Source of the DNA: the human T2T-CHM13v2.0 reference genome, Homo sapiens
NCBI RefSeq assembly: GCF_009914755.1
Contig: NC_060930.1
Length of the DNA stretch: 64,000 nucleotides
Direction: 5' to 3' (one strand)
Positions 28,540-42,114 of the stretch are shown here, piece after piece. Position numbers and translations under genes: made by a program. Under the pieces are notes generated by a model, which worked only from the letters and a program-made list of their open reading frames with translations, was not told the origin of the DNA and did not search any database. How positions within the stretch are numbered: position 1 is the first letter of the stretch; every line of letters begins with the position of its first letter.

Positions 28540-28720
28540 CTTTTTTTTAACAGCTTTATTAAGGTATAATTGATTTGCAAAAAACCCTGAACATTTAATG
28601 TATACAATTTGATGGGTTTGGACATAGGCACACACCTGTCTATAACCACAATCAAGGTAATAAACATATCCATCACTTCCAAAGCGTTTTTGTATGTTCC
28701 TTTGTGTGTATATGTTTATT
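28540..28720 (-). mobile_element. L1MC/MD 3' end fragment
   Basis: ttttaacagctttattaaggtataattg...ccacaatcaaggtaataaacatatccatcac. Confidence 0.7.
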
Positions 28721-29013
28721 TTGCTTTTGTTTGTTGTTGTTGTTTTGTGGTAAGAAACAAATCCATCTTTAAGTTCTAGGATCCAATCAACAGGGGCCAG
28801 TATACACAAACTAGTAGTCACAAAATGATTTTTAGCACTTAAAATGCTAAGAATAATTTTTCATAATCATTCATATTTTCTTTATCTCCCTCTTCTTCCT
28901 ACACCTTCCCCCCTACTCAGCTTTGATACTTTCCCGTACTTCTCTTTTCCTTATTTTACTATTTTTTCTATTTCATTCTTCCATCTTATTTGGCTGACCC
29001 AAACAGGCCACTT

Positions 29014-29225
29014 AATTTTTTTTTATTATTTAAAAAAGTTTTCCATAGGTTATTGGGGTACAGGTGGTGTTTGGTTACATGAGTAAGTTCTTTAGCGGTG
29101 GTTTGTGAGATTTCGGTACACCTATCACCCAAGCAGTATACTGCATCCTATTTGTTGTCTTTTATCTCTCACCCCCTTCCCACGCTTCCTCCCAAGTCCC
29201 CAAAGTCCATTGTATCATTCTCATG
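29014..29225 (-). mobile_element. Severely 5'-truncated L1PB
   Basis: ggttattggggtacaggtggtgtttggttacatgagtaagttctttag (L1PB 3' end); TSD aacaggccactt at 29002-29013 and 29226-29237. Confidence 0.88.
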
Positions 29226-29359
29226 AACAGGCCACTTTAACATGTGATGGAATGACATGCTTTAAAGATGTTATGGCCAAACGTTCAAGAAAGCTGTTTC
29301 ACAACACTATCAAAAGCCACGTGAATATGCAGTCTTGGAGGAAATAGATGATAACAAAT

Positions 29360-29790
<431 letters not shown>

Positions 29791-30789
29791 ATCCTCAAAG
29801 TGTACAGCCCTGTGCTGATATTTTTTATGGGGCTCCCAATTACACAAACAATTTTATTAAAATGTATTATACAATTCATGGGCCCATGTAAGGAATTGTG
29901 ATTTATCAATGAAGATTTAGAATAATGAGTAGAGAGGAGGGGCCTACATGCTTGGTTATCGTCAAATCAGTTCAACCAGAAGACGATTCCTCATAGTGTC
30001 CAGGTACCATATCTTCCTGTGCAGATCCAGGAACCATCTTCCCAGACTTTATTTTCAAATGTTCCATTCCAGGCTAATTTCCTGTCTTTCCCAGTGAGAT
30101 GAAAGGAGTAATACCATTGTGGTTCACAATGCCTTGACTTTTCAACTGGAAACGACATAGATCTTGTTGCCTCTGAAGGTCCTTAACACAATGTATTTCA
30201 TCTGACTACATTATCATTCATGATGCTACATGCTCATCCATCCTCAGCTCATAAAAACTGGCTTCCAATGAGCCTCTCAGAGGCTGTTCCTGGGCTTCAC
30301 TAAGTGACCGACTTGGGTGTCAAATGCAGGGGAGGGACAGAGTAAAAGAGTCCTGCAACCCCACCCCACTCCACTGCCCTTAAGTGCTGTAGACTAGTGG
30401 TGCCTCTGTGGTTAGAACTTACACAGGAAGAACTGATGCAGGTGCCCAAACATGTGTTCAATTCCAAGAGCAGATGGTAGATCCACAGTGATCATCAGAA
30501 GACTCAAGCCCTGAACCTATCCTGGGTCTGCAGTAAGAAAGCCCACTCTCAAAACAGATTATTAGTTATGTTGCAAACACGTGCAATGCTCTGTAACTTT
30601 TTAAAATGGAATTTGAATACCTCTTGCATAATTTGCTTAATTTGGTAAAATTCCTAGAAATTTTGCATAGGTTAATAGGAAGCTACCAGAAGCCCTCTGA
30701 GAAATTGCTTCCCTTATGGTCCTTGATGTTAAAGTTTCTTTAGTAATCAATGATTTGTACTATTTGCATATTTGGGCATTTATTTTAAA

Positions 30790-31010
30790 AAATAATTATT
30801 TGTGCACTTCCTATGGGTCCTCACTATTTTAATTGTTTCACAAATATTAGTTCATTTCACTTCCATAACAATCCTGTTTCATAGGCACTATTATAATTTG
30901 TTTGTTGAGGAAAAGTCGAGTTAAATAACTTGCTAAAGATTACACAGCTAGTAAGAGACAGAGCTGGGATCCCTACCCAGACAGTATGCACACTTAACCA
31001 CTACACTCAC
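30790..31010 (-). mobile_element. MIR
   Basis: gttaaataacttgctaaagattacacagctagtaag...gagctgggat...cttaaccactacac. Confidence 0.7.
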
Positions 31011-31204
31011 CTGTGTCTACAGGATATAAACAATGGGTCCCCCAAAATGAACTCCTGTAGTCCTTGCCAAACCAGAAGCTGTCTTTTCTCTCTCTAGGTA
31101 CCTGTCAAAGAGAAATGTTGATGTCCATGAATTCTTAAACACTTTTACATTTATACATTGTAAATTTGAGGCTATTTCTGTCAGGAGTCTGAAAATTTAC
31201 TGGG

Positions 31205-31719
31205 TGTGATAGTTAATATTGAGTGTCAACTTGATTGGATTGAAGGATGCAAAGTATTGTTCCTGGATGTGTCTGTGAGGGTGTCACCAAAGGAGATTAA
31301 CATTGGAGCCAGTGAAATGGGAAAGGCAGACCCAACCTCAATCTGGGTGGGCATCATCTAATCAACTGCCACCATGGCCAGAATAAAAGCAGGAAGAAGA
31401 ACATGGAAAGACTAGACTGGTTTAGTCTTCTGGCCTACATCTTTCTCCCGTGCTGGATGCTTCCTGCCCTCGAACATCAGACTCCAAGTTCTTCAACTTT
31501 GGGACTCATACCTTCGACCACAGGCTGAAGGCTGCACTGTCGGCTTCCCTTCTTTTGAGGTTTTGGGACTTGGACTGGCTTCCTTGCTCCACAGCTTGCA
31601 GACGGCCTATTATGGGACCTCACCTTATGATGGTGTGAGTCAATACTCCTTAATAAACTCCCCTTATATATACATCTAGCCTATTAGTTCTGTTCCTCTA
31701 GAGAACGCTGACTAATACA
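31205..31719 (+). mobile_element. MLT2A (MLT2A2-like) HERV-L solo LTR
   Basis: tgtgatagttaatattgagtgtcaacttgattggattgaagg...gactaataca; perfect TSD ctggg. Confidence 0.92.
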
Positions 31720-32079
31720 CTGGGTAATGCTACTGCAAGTAACAGCCATGATGGGGAGTGTCAGGAGAGACTGCTAATATAAAATCTAACTGTCAATGTA
31801 TTTCAAAGAATGTCCTGCTGTGTTTCATCATTGCACAGGCTGTCTCTGTGTGGCAATATAGAAAGGAGCTTCCTTTCCATCACATTGGTTAAGTTCTTTG
31901 ATAATGTGAAAAATAGCAAGAAAGTAAAGATCAGGGTTTTTCAATTACTTTTTAATAGGAGGCAAAGGTGTTTGTGGTTTTTTTTTTTTTTGAAACTAAT
32001 AACAACTGGCTATAGGTCCTTTCCCATCTACCAATACTGTCTCAACTTCAAGGTTGTATAGAGAAGTATTCTCATTGTC

Positions 32080-32840
32080 TAAACATTCATTATCAAGTCC
32101 CTGATACTATGAGATTGCAAAAGATGTAGCAAGCTGGAAAATTCTAACAATCACCTGATCCCATTTACAAAGCAGTCTCCAGCCATGCTTCAAAATCTTG
32201 GTTATCTGAGTATTGATGATAATTTTATGGTATAAACATTCTACAATACAATGCAAATTAACTCAAAGAAAAATTGCCAATTTTGCCATCTATATAAGAT
32301 GACATAAAGTCATTGAAAAGAATACTAAAGAATTATCCTATTCACAAAGCCACTGGCAAATAAGGATCTCACAGAATTAGAAGAGTTGACAACTGAAGAA
32401 GAGAAATTTGACAAGGATGATGATACTTGGAAAAGAATGATTTTAATAAAAAAGGATTAAGAAAAGATCTTGTAAAATGTGAGGAAATTCTTGAATATAT
32501 TTGCAAAGAAAAATGATCCTCTTTCTAGTTTGCAAAGGAAGACAAATGCAAACTTTGCTATCAGATAACTTTGTGGAAAAATTCTACCCCTGAAAAAGCA
32601 ATAAGTAGTTAATTACTCTTTTATCCTAAGAATTATCACAACAGATACAATTACAACCTTAAAGTTTTTAATGTAATATAAAACAATTTTCATAATTTTA
32701 GCTTCACTTTTCATACGATCCTAGTCAAACTTTCTTTTTTATTTTCTATTTACTATTAAATTTTGGTTCCCATTTTGTGCAGATTCACTGTGAAGTGGAT
32801 CCTTCCTGGTATCAATTATTCTTGGATAATGAGGACTTTC
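32080..32840 (+). mobile_element. Ancient Tigger/pogo-like DNA transposon remnant
   Basis: Degenerate coding-like stretch (ELEELTTEEEKFDKDDD...KCEEILEYI...NDP across frames) resembling a pogo/Tigger transposase C-terminus; ends not defined. Confidence 0.4.
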
Positions 32841-33149
32841 TGTACTTTATGCTGACAGAACAAGGGCTAAATGGGGTTACCAAGACAAGATTGCAGGCTC
32901 ATCTTCAACTTCACTTCAGTAAAAAACTATTCTAAGGACCACAGAGACTGAAATGCAATGAGTTGAAGCACTTTTCACCTTGCTTCCCATTCAAGATTTA
33001 TGTCCTCATGACAGCTTTGATGAAGGCCTTGCAGCCCTGCAGACAGAGGCTGATGCTGACATTTCTGGATTTAGCAGAGACATGGTAAAGACTCAGTTCT
33101 CCAGAGTAAACCCAGTTGAATCTGGGTCCTCAGGCAGAAAGGTCTTTTC

Positions 33150-33191
33150 CTTAGAAAATTATTCTAAGAATTCTTAGAAAATTATTCTAAG
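33150..33191. repeat. Duplicated 19-bp imperfect palindrome forming a ~42-bp near-palindrome
   Basis: cttagaaaattattctaag-aatt-cttagaaaattattctaag. Confidence 0.9.
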
Positions 33192-34161
33192 ACTAAATAC
33201 GCTGCATTGCCATGCACAGAGATGCATAATATTAACTCAGCAAGTTCTTAGAAAAACCTCCTCTTTTTCTTTGTCCCAGAAATACTCTTATTCAGTTCTT
33301 ACATACTACGGATAGTACTAAAAATGTGGGTGAAATGGTTCCCTGACATAATCAGATATTTTATTTACTTATAGATGCATCATGGTGTTATTTTCTTGCA
33401 AATGACTTAATAACAAGTAATTATTTTGTAAAATGTCTCTTAAAAATGACCTATAAACACATTCAGCTCTCCAGAATTCTGCCTCTCTCACAAAAATAAT
33501 CTTCCTGTAGATTTTAGAATTTTTTGTTGTATACACTGTACAATAATCTTAGTTGATGAGGAAGTATAAATGCTAAAGATTAATCCTCAATTTAAATAAT
33601 TTCTTACTTTTGGAAACTCCATTGAAACTGAGCAAATATCTGTTTAAAAGAGTACAAATTATATTTAAATATTCAACATACTAATATGAAAATAGAAGTC
33701 TTTCAAAAATCCATAAGCAGCTTTCTTTTTAGTCAATTATTTTTCCTCCTGGCTACTATAAAATGTGACTAATAAGTCAATAGCACCTTTCCTAAAAGGT
33801 TATAACCAAAAAATATAATCTTTGTTTCTGCTGAACATGAACTGTTTGAGTTTCTTGATGACAAGTCATGCCAATTTCGCCTCTACTCAAAAGAGACAGA
33901 CCTCCACTCCTCACAGAGTCAGAAACTATTCCATGTTAAACACAACTTACATTAGAAGGCCTTGTGGCAATGGTACTTAAAATAACATCATTTAAAAGAG
34001 ATCTTTAATTTGGAAAACAGAGATTTAAAACAAACAAACAGCAACGAATAAAAAACCAAGCCCATTGAGATGTAGAGCTATGGCAAAATTGTCACGTGTC
34101 TGTACTGGAATATTAGTAATACAAGCATTAAGGCATCTTAATATTAGTCTCCTCTCAATAA

Positions 34162-34458
<297 letters not shown>

Positions 34459-34473
34459 CTCTCAGTAATTTAG

Positions 34474-34743
<270 letters not shown>

Positions 34744-35754
34744 TAACAATTGGAAATGAAACTTGAATTTGTCTGCTTCAACAGTTGTTTGCAACTCTAA
34801 TTCAAAGAGCTGAATTTAAAATGTTGATAGATTTAGGATCGTTTTTATGCACTTCCATGATTTGTACCATTCCTGGTGAATTTTCTTTTTGTGTGATCAA
34901 TGTGTATTCCCCTGCACCAAGTGTTAAGAAATGAAACATGCCATTAACTTCATTTTTTTTTTCAAAAATACATGTAAATCTAACTCTGATAGAAAACTTA
35001 AAGGCAGTCGTCACTGGGACTCGATTCTCTATTTCTTTCTATCACCCCCAATTGCCAGCCAGGATCCCTTTACAGCTTCTATAGTCTTACACAAGGCACA
35101 ACATTTGGGAAGCTCCACTTCTCTGTGGCCCATTCTGGCCAACCTTGATATTGATTACACTTGCCTAAGGCTTCGTAGGCCTTGGGAGCTGCACCACAGT
35201 TTGAGTGCCACCCCTTAGACAGGAGGGTGCAGTGCTTTGGGATCAGCTGCTGGAGATGGGCACTCCCTCCTGCTCCTCTGAGGTTCTATACCCTCCTTCA
35301 GTTGCTAAAACTAAAAACCTAACTACTGTTCCCTTCTTGTCTAGATTAATCATTCTCTCTCATCCCTTATCTTCTCCTTCACCCCCAAATTGGTTACCTG
35401 TCTCTGTTTCTTCTGTCAAAGACTCTCGATTATTTTGTTTTCAAAAACAAAACCCAGAAAGAGAGACTGTCCTCAGGCAACTTCCACTTGACTTTGAAAC
35501 ATAGAGTTCCCCAAGAAGGAAATCCCAAAGTCCATCACACTTCTTGGAAAAATATAAAGAAATAAATAAACGAGAAGAGTCAAATATAATAGATCTCAAT
35601 AATGATCAATTATGACGTCGTTTAGATAAACAATAAGAAACATAAAAATGCCAAAAAAATTTGCAATGAGTAAGATGATGAATAAAGAACATCAAATGGA
35701 GGTGGAAAAAAGTTGTTTCTGGCCATCATTAAAAACTAAGTTGTTTTGATTTAA

Positions 35755-36079
<325 letters not shown>

Positions 36080-36222
36080 TGAGCTCAGATTGCTGACAAA
36101 GATTGTGTTCACATGATTGCTGGATTCCACACCCCCAATTCAAAAGAGAATCTCCAGCTTTGATATTTTGGCCTTCAAAAATCAATTCCAATAACATTCA
36201 ATGTTCCTTCAAGGAAAGGCAT

Positions 36223-36557
36223 TGATATGGTTTGGCTCTGTGTCCCCACCCAAATCTCATCTGAATTATAACCCCCACATGTTGAGGGAGGGACCTGGTG
36301 GGAGGTGACTGGATCATGGGGGCAGTTCCCCCATGCTCTTCTCCTGATAGCAATTGAATTCTCATGAGATCTGATGGTTTTAAAGTGTGGCACTTCCTCA
36401 CTCTCACTCTCTCCAGCTGCCATACAAGACATGCCTTGCTTCATTTCCTGAGGCCTCGCCAGCCATGCAGAACTGTGAGTCAGTTAAAGCTGCTTTCTTT
36501 ATAAATTACCTACTCTCAGGTAGTATCTTTACAGCAGTGTGAAAACAGACTAATACA
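36223..36557 (+). mobile_element. MSTA/THE1D-type MaLR solo LTR
   Basis: tgatatggtttggctctgtgtcccc...gactaataca; perfect TSD ggcat. Confidence 0.9.
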
Positions 36558-39074
36558 GGCATGTACACCAAATGTCCTTCAAAATCACCAAGTGCAGATT
36601 CTTGGATCCTATTTGAGACTACTGCTCTGTGTCGTATTGATGACTTTGCACTGTTATAGGAGTCTACACACTCAGGCCCAACACATGACCTAATCAGAGC
36701 CAAGTATTCTTTCAGTCATTGTCCAGTTAAAAATGTCCATCTCACCTAGGCGTAAGGCAGCACTTGGTACCCTGTGCTCTCACTGGCCCTGCCAGTGGCC
36801 CAGCCTCTTAGGCCTTAATCCCTAACCCTGATCCCTTTCCCCAGGATTTCTATGTAGCTTGGTGTTTGAAAAACCAGGCTCTTGTAAACAATTCTCACCC
36901 TATGCTTTCTGTGAAAGGGTTGGCAGCAGGGACTGGCAGTGTTGGGGGGTGGGGGACACAGGTTCCTGCCCCCCCTTTGCTGGGCAGATGGTTTTCTGGT
37001 AACATCAGGCTGGAGTTGATGGGACTTGTTTGGAAGTTGAGCTGTTGGGGCAACTGTTTCTGTCCTCATCCATGTGACCAGGCAAAGCCAGCTCAGCAAA
37101 CAGCCTGGTGCATAAGCTCACTGCTGTGGCCAAAGATCTGGGCATGGAGGCAGCAGACCCCTTCCCTGTCCAGTTATAAACACATTTATCCAACTTATCT
37201 CCGAGGTGGGGGCCCCTGGGGGTCTAATTCCTACAAGTCAAGTGTCTGGCTAGAAAACTTCCGTTGTTGGGACAGAGGAGGGGAAGAGAAGTTCTGAAAA
37301 TGAATATCAAAGAGTCTCTGGGTGTGTCAGGGATGAGGGTTGCAGCCTCATGTTCCATAAGAACAATAGGGCCTAGGACACTGGCACTCGATGGCAGGGC
37401 CCTAGTGTGCTGGGCATACTGTGCTGTGTCTGGTGAAATCCAACTTCCCCAGGTCTCCTCACCCCTGCGGAACAGCCTTCCAGGCTGGGCACCTGCTCTG
37501 TCTCCTCATCCTTCTACTTTTTTCAAAAAAACAAATTCCATCTCAGGACTTCCATCCCCTTCTCAGCCTCTGTCATGTCCCCCTCTTTCTGGCTCGCCTC
37601 ATTCAAGGGCCCCTGGCAGAGGCCGTGAGGACAGGTGAGTGTGTTGCTTACCTGGCTGGCCCCTGTCTGGCTCCAGGTTGTCTTTCAATGGCTCTGGTTA
37701 TTGCCGCAAGCATCACTTTGTCACGGTCATCCCTGGAGAAAATCATACCATCCTGAAAAAATCCAGACAAATTATCCATAGAATGCTTTTCTTTAAATAT
37801 TTAGTCCAGTCTGTCTAATTCACCTTGGGCTGCATGCTAGGTGAAGCTCTTCTCCAGGTCCTCCAGGAGAGCTGACAGCTTTGTTTTCAATATTGCTCTT
37901 GGTTCTGAGAACTCACCTCTGCTCTGCACCCCATTCGAGGCACAGCTCCATTTTGTCATTTAGAATTGTTGTTATTCCGTGGTATAAACCTGCGTTAACA
38001 ACCCTCAGCAATCCTAGACAAAGCATTAGAAATTGAGCAGGTCATGACTAGGGAAACCTTAAAATCATCTCAATCAAAACCTGCTGAGAGTGAAAGGGGA
38101 GCCACTGATCTCCCTGGGACAAGCGCCTAGCAGGACCATCCTGGGCAAACTGAAACGATCACCACTTTAGTCGGAACTGACGCTCTGAGAAGTGCTACCC
38201 TGGCCAGTTTCTCTTTATTTTTTAACGACTGATCTTGACTTTCTGTTAAACCTCCATTTCTACTGATAGTTGAAAAAGCTTAATTTTGCCATTTAAGACT
38301 AGCTTGATTCAGATTTAAAACATAACCCAGTCTCTCTATGAATCCACGCTCGGACTCTCGGTGCCCATCTCTCCTCCTTCCCTTTTCCTGGTAACATTTA
38401 GGTGCTGGTGGACGTTTCCTGAAGATTGTCCATTTCGATGAGGATCCTTTGGTCTGAGGGCTATTAGGCAGTCACTGCTGTGCCTGTTGACTTTTGGCTT
38501 ATGGGCAGCCCAGCCCTCTAAGTCATTGGGCACGGGGTCCTGCCCTCAATGTGTCTGCTGCCCAAATGGCTCCACTGGAGTACCTTCCATTTTGTTTTCA
38601 GCATGATCGAAGCCCAGGGTCACCTGCCCTGCTACTTAGGCTTCACACTGTGTCCGGAATTGGTGGGTTCTTGGTCTCACTGACTTTAAGAATGAAGCCG
38701 TGGACCCTGGTGGTGAGTGTTACAGTTTTTAAAGGAGTCGTGTCCAGAGTTTGTTCCTTCTGATGTTCGAATGTGCTTGGAGTTTCTTTCTTCTGGTGGG
38801 TTCATGGTCTTGCTGGCTCAGGAGTGTAGCTGCGGACCTTCGCGGTGAGTGTTACAGCTCTTAAGGCGCCGCGTCTGGAGTTGTTCGTTCCTCCCGGTGG
38901 GTTCGTGGTCTCACTGGCTTCAGGAGTGAAGCTGCAGAACTTCGTGGTGAGTGTTACAGCTCATAAAGGCAGTGTGGACCCAAAGAGTGAGCAGCAGCAA
39001 GATTTATTGCAAACAGCAAAAAAACACAGCTTCCACAGTGTTGAAGGGGACCAGAGCGGGTTGCCACTGCTGGC

Positions 39075-39420
39075 TCGGACAGCCTGCTTTTATTCTCTTA
39101 TCTGGTCCCACCCACATCCTGCTGATTGGTCCATTTTACAGAGCCGATTGGTCCATTTTGACAGGGAGCTGATTGGTCCCTTTTTACAGGGTGCTGATTG
39201 GTGCATTTACAATCCCTGGGCTAGACACAAAAGTTCTCCATGTCCCCACTAGATTAGCTAGGTACAGAGTATGGACGCAAAGGTTCTCCCAGTCCCCACC
39301 AGAGTAGCTAGATACAGAGTGTCGATTGGTGCATTCACAAACCCTGAGCTAGACACAGTGCTGATTGGTGTGTTTACAAACCTTGAGCTAGATACAGAGT
39401 GCTGATTGGTGTATTTACAA
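39075..39420 (-). promoter_or_regulatory. LTR12 promoter: CCAAT (NF-Y) array plus TATA-like AATAAAA
   Basis: Seven gattgg boxes at 39121-39410; cagcctgcttttattctc (= gagaataaaagcaggctg on -) at ~39080-39097. Confidence 0.75.
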
Positions 39421-39534
39421 TCCCTTAGCTAGACATAAAGGTTCTCCAAGTCCCCACCAGACTCAGAAGCCCAGCTGGCTTCACCCAGTAGATCCCCCAC
39501 CGGGGCCACAGGTGGAGCTGCCTGCCAGTCCTGC

Positions 39535-40962
39535 TGTGTCCGGAATTGGTGGGTTCTTGGTCTCACTGACTTCAGGAATGAAGCCATGGACCCTCATGGT
39601 GAGTGTTACAGTTCTTAAAGGTGGCGTGTCCAGAGTTTCTTCCTTCTGATGTTCCGATGTGTTCAGAGTTTCTTCCTTCTGGCGGAGTTCATGGTCTCGC
39701 TGGCTCAGGAGTGAAGCTGCGGACCTTCACAGTGAGTGTTACAGCTCTTAAGGCGGCGCGTCTGGAGTTGTTCTTCCTCCTGGTAGGTTCGTGGTCTCGC
39801 TGGCTTTAGGAGTGAAGCTGCAGACCTTTCCGGTGAGTGTTACAGCTCATAAAGGCAGTGTGGACCCAAAGAGTGAGCAGCAGCAAGATTTATTGCAAAG
39901 AGCGAAACAATAAAGCTTCCGCAGTGTGGAAGGGGATCCCATTGGGTTGCCACTGCTGGCTGGGGCAGCCTGCTTTTATTCTCTTATCTGGCCCCACCCA
40001 CATCCTGCTGATCGGTAGAGCCGAGTGGTCTGTTTTGACAGGGCACTGATTGGTGCGTTTACAATCCCTGAGCTAGACACAAAGCTTCGCACATCCCCAC
40101 CAGATTAGCTAGATACAGAGTGTCCACACAAAGGTTCTCCAAGCTCCCACCGGAGTAGCTAGGAACAGAGTGTCGATTGGTGCATTCAAAAATCCTGAGC
40201 TAGACACAGGGTGCTGATTGGTGTGTTTACAAACCTCGAGCTGGATACAGAGTGCTGATTCGTGTATTTACAATCCCTTAGCTAGACATAAAGGTTCTCC
40301 ACATCCCCACCAGACTCAGGAGCCCAGCTGGCTTCACCCAGTAGCTCTTGCACGGGGGCTACAGGTGGAGCTGCCTGCCAGTCCTGCGTGGTGTGCCCGT
40401 GCTTCTCAGCCCTTGGGTGGTCGATGGGACCGGACGCCCTGGAGCAGGGGGCGGGGCTGGTCAGGGAGGCTCCGGCTGCACAGGAGCCGACAGAGTCGGG
40501 GGAGGCTCAGGCATGGCGGGCTGCAGGTCCCGAGCCCTGCCCCTTGGGAGGCAGCTAAGGCCCAGTGAGAAATCGAGCACAGTGCCAGTGGGCCGGCACT
40601 GCTGGGGGACCCAGTACACCCCCTGCAGATGCTGGCCTGGGTGCTAAGCCCCTCATTGCTGGGGGCCGGCAGAGCCCACCGGCTGCTCCAAGTGCGGGGC
40701 CTACAAAGCCCACGCCCACCCGGAACTCCAGCTGGCCCGCAAGCGTCGTGCGCAGCCCCGGTTCCTGCTGGCGCCTCTCCCTCCACACCTCCCTGCAAGC
40801 TGAGGGAGCCAGCTCCAGCCTTGGCCAGCCCAGAAAGGGGCTCCCACAGTGCAGCAGTGGCTTGAAGGGCTCTTCAAGTGCCACCAAAGTGGGAGCCCAG
40901 GCAGAGGAGGTGCCGAGAGCGAGCGAGGGCTGTGAGGACTGCCAGCACGCTGTCACCTCTCA
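39535..40962 (-). mobile_element. Inner LTR12C solo LTR nested within the outer LTR12
   Basis: Complete LTR termini tgtgtccgg...gtcacctctca; TSD ctgc (39531-39534)/ccgc (40963-40966); 1428 bp. Confidence 0.92.
39960..40270 (-). promoter_or_regulatory. Second LTR12 promoter (inner LTR)
   Basis: Three intact gattgg boxes plus variants gatcgg and gattcg; TATA-like element at ~39967-39984. Confidence 0.7.
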
Positions 40963-41807
40963 CCGCCATGCGCCCGCACTCCTCAGCCCTTGGGTGGTCG
41001 ATGGGACTGGGCGCCGTGGAGCAGAGGGCGGCGATCATCAGGGAGGATCCGGCCGCACAGGAGCCCACAGAGTGGGCGGGAGGCTCAGGCATGGTGGGCT
41101 GCAGGTCCGGAGCCCTGCCCCTGGGGGAGGCAGCTAAGGCCGGGTGAGAAATTGAGCACAGCAGCTGCTGGCCCAGGTGGTAAGCCCCTCACTGCCCGGG
41201 ACTGGCGGGGCCGGCCGGCCACTCCGAGTGGGGGGCCCTCCGAGCCCACGCCCACCCGGAACTGGCGCTGGCCCCGCAAGCACAGCATGCAGCCCCGGTT
41301 GCCACCCGCGCCTCTCCCTCCACACCTCACGGCAAGCTGAGGGAACTGGCTCTGGCCTTGGCCAGCCCAGAAAGGGGCTCCCACAGCGCAGCGGCAGGCT
41401 GAAGGGCTCCTCAAGTGCAGCCAGAGCGGGCGCCAAGGCCGAGGAGGCACCGAGAGCAAGCGAGGGCTATGAGGGCTGCCAGCATGCTGTCACCTCTCAA
41501 CACTGCTGCAGTTTCCTCCCAGGCCCACCTCTATTTAGGGTCAGGCTGGCTGGAGAGGATTCACCTCTCAGCCTTGCTTCAGAGCCTCCTTGGCTTCCTC
41601 TGGAGCACTTCCTGGAAGATCTACTGCAGACCCTGCTAGGGCATGGGAGAATATCTGGACTTCTTGGGCACCACGCATGGGCTCAGGGTGAAAGGGGTGG
41701 GTTGGAGAGGTATTTCTTAAGCAGTTAAATCCATGATCTACTGCTCTTCTTTTTTTGACCCTTCAGTTACTTTGTTCACTTCTCTAAAGGATTTACATAT
41801 TTTGAGT

Positions 41808-42110
41808 TGTTTTTTTTTTTTTCAAAGACAGGGTCTTGCTCTTTTTTTTCAAAGGCAAGGCCTATCTCCAGGCTAGAGTGCGGGTGGTGCGATCATAGCT
41901 CACTGCAGCCTCGAACTCCTGGGCTCATGGGCTCAAGTGATCCTCCTGCTTCAGCCTCCTGAGCAGCTGGGATTATAGGCATGTGCCATTGCATCTGGCT
42001 AATTTTTTTTAAAGTTTTTTGTAGAAATGAGGGGTCTCACTTTGTTGTCTAGACTGGTCTCAAACTTCTGGCTTCAAAGGATCCTCCCCTGGCTTCCAAG
42101 GATCCTCCCC
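41808..42110 (-). mobile_element. AluJ, truncated, with local duplications
   Basis: gatcatagctcactgcagcctcgaactcctgggctc (J-type). Confidence 0.85.
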
Positions 42111-42114
42111 TATG

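Larger units (their letters stand above)
38649..41499 (-). mobile_element. Outer LTR12 (ERV9) solo LTR, split into 38649-39534 and 40967-41499
   Basis: 3' end tgtgtccggaattggtgggttc at 38649; 5' end gctgtcacctctca at 41499; 4-bp TSD acac (38645-38648, 41500-41503). Confidence 0.92.

Noticed and set aside
36866-37756. Three 111-143 aa plus-strand ORFs in unique sequence
   Set aside because: Non-ATG starts, no recognisable protein family and no coding-like composition.
38690-39430. Periodic gtgagtgttacag and gctagatacagagtg repeats
   Set aside because: Known internal tandem repeats of LTR12.
38649-40962. Two LTRs as 5' and 3' LTRs of an ERV9 provirus
   Set aside because: No PBS, gag or pol between them; the second LTR interrupts the first and has its own TSD.
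40380-41460. CpG island suggesting a host gene promoter
   Set aside because: Fully explained by young LTR12 sequence.
40218-41728. Many overlapping 70-190 aa ORFs on both strands
   Set aside because: They lie in the GC-rich LTR12 U3 region where stops are rare; no recognisable domain.
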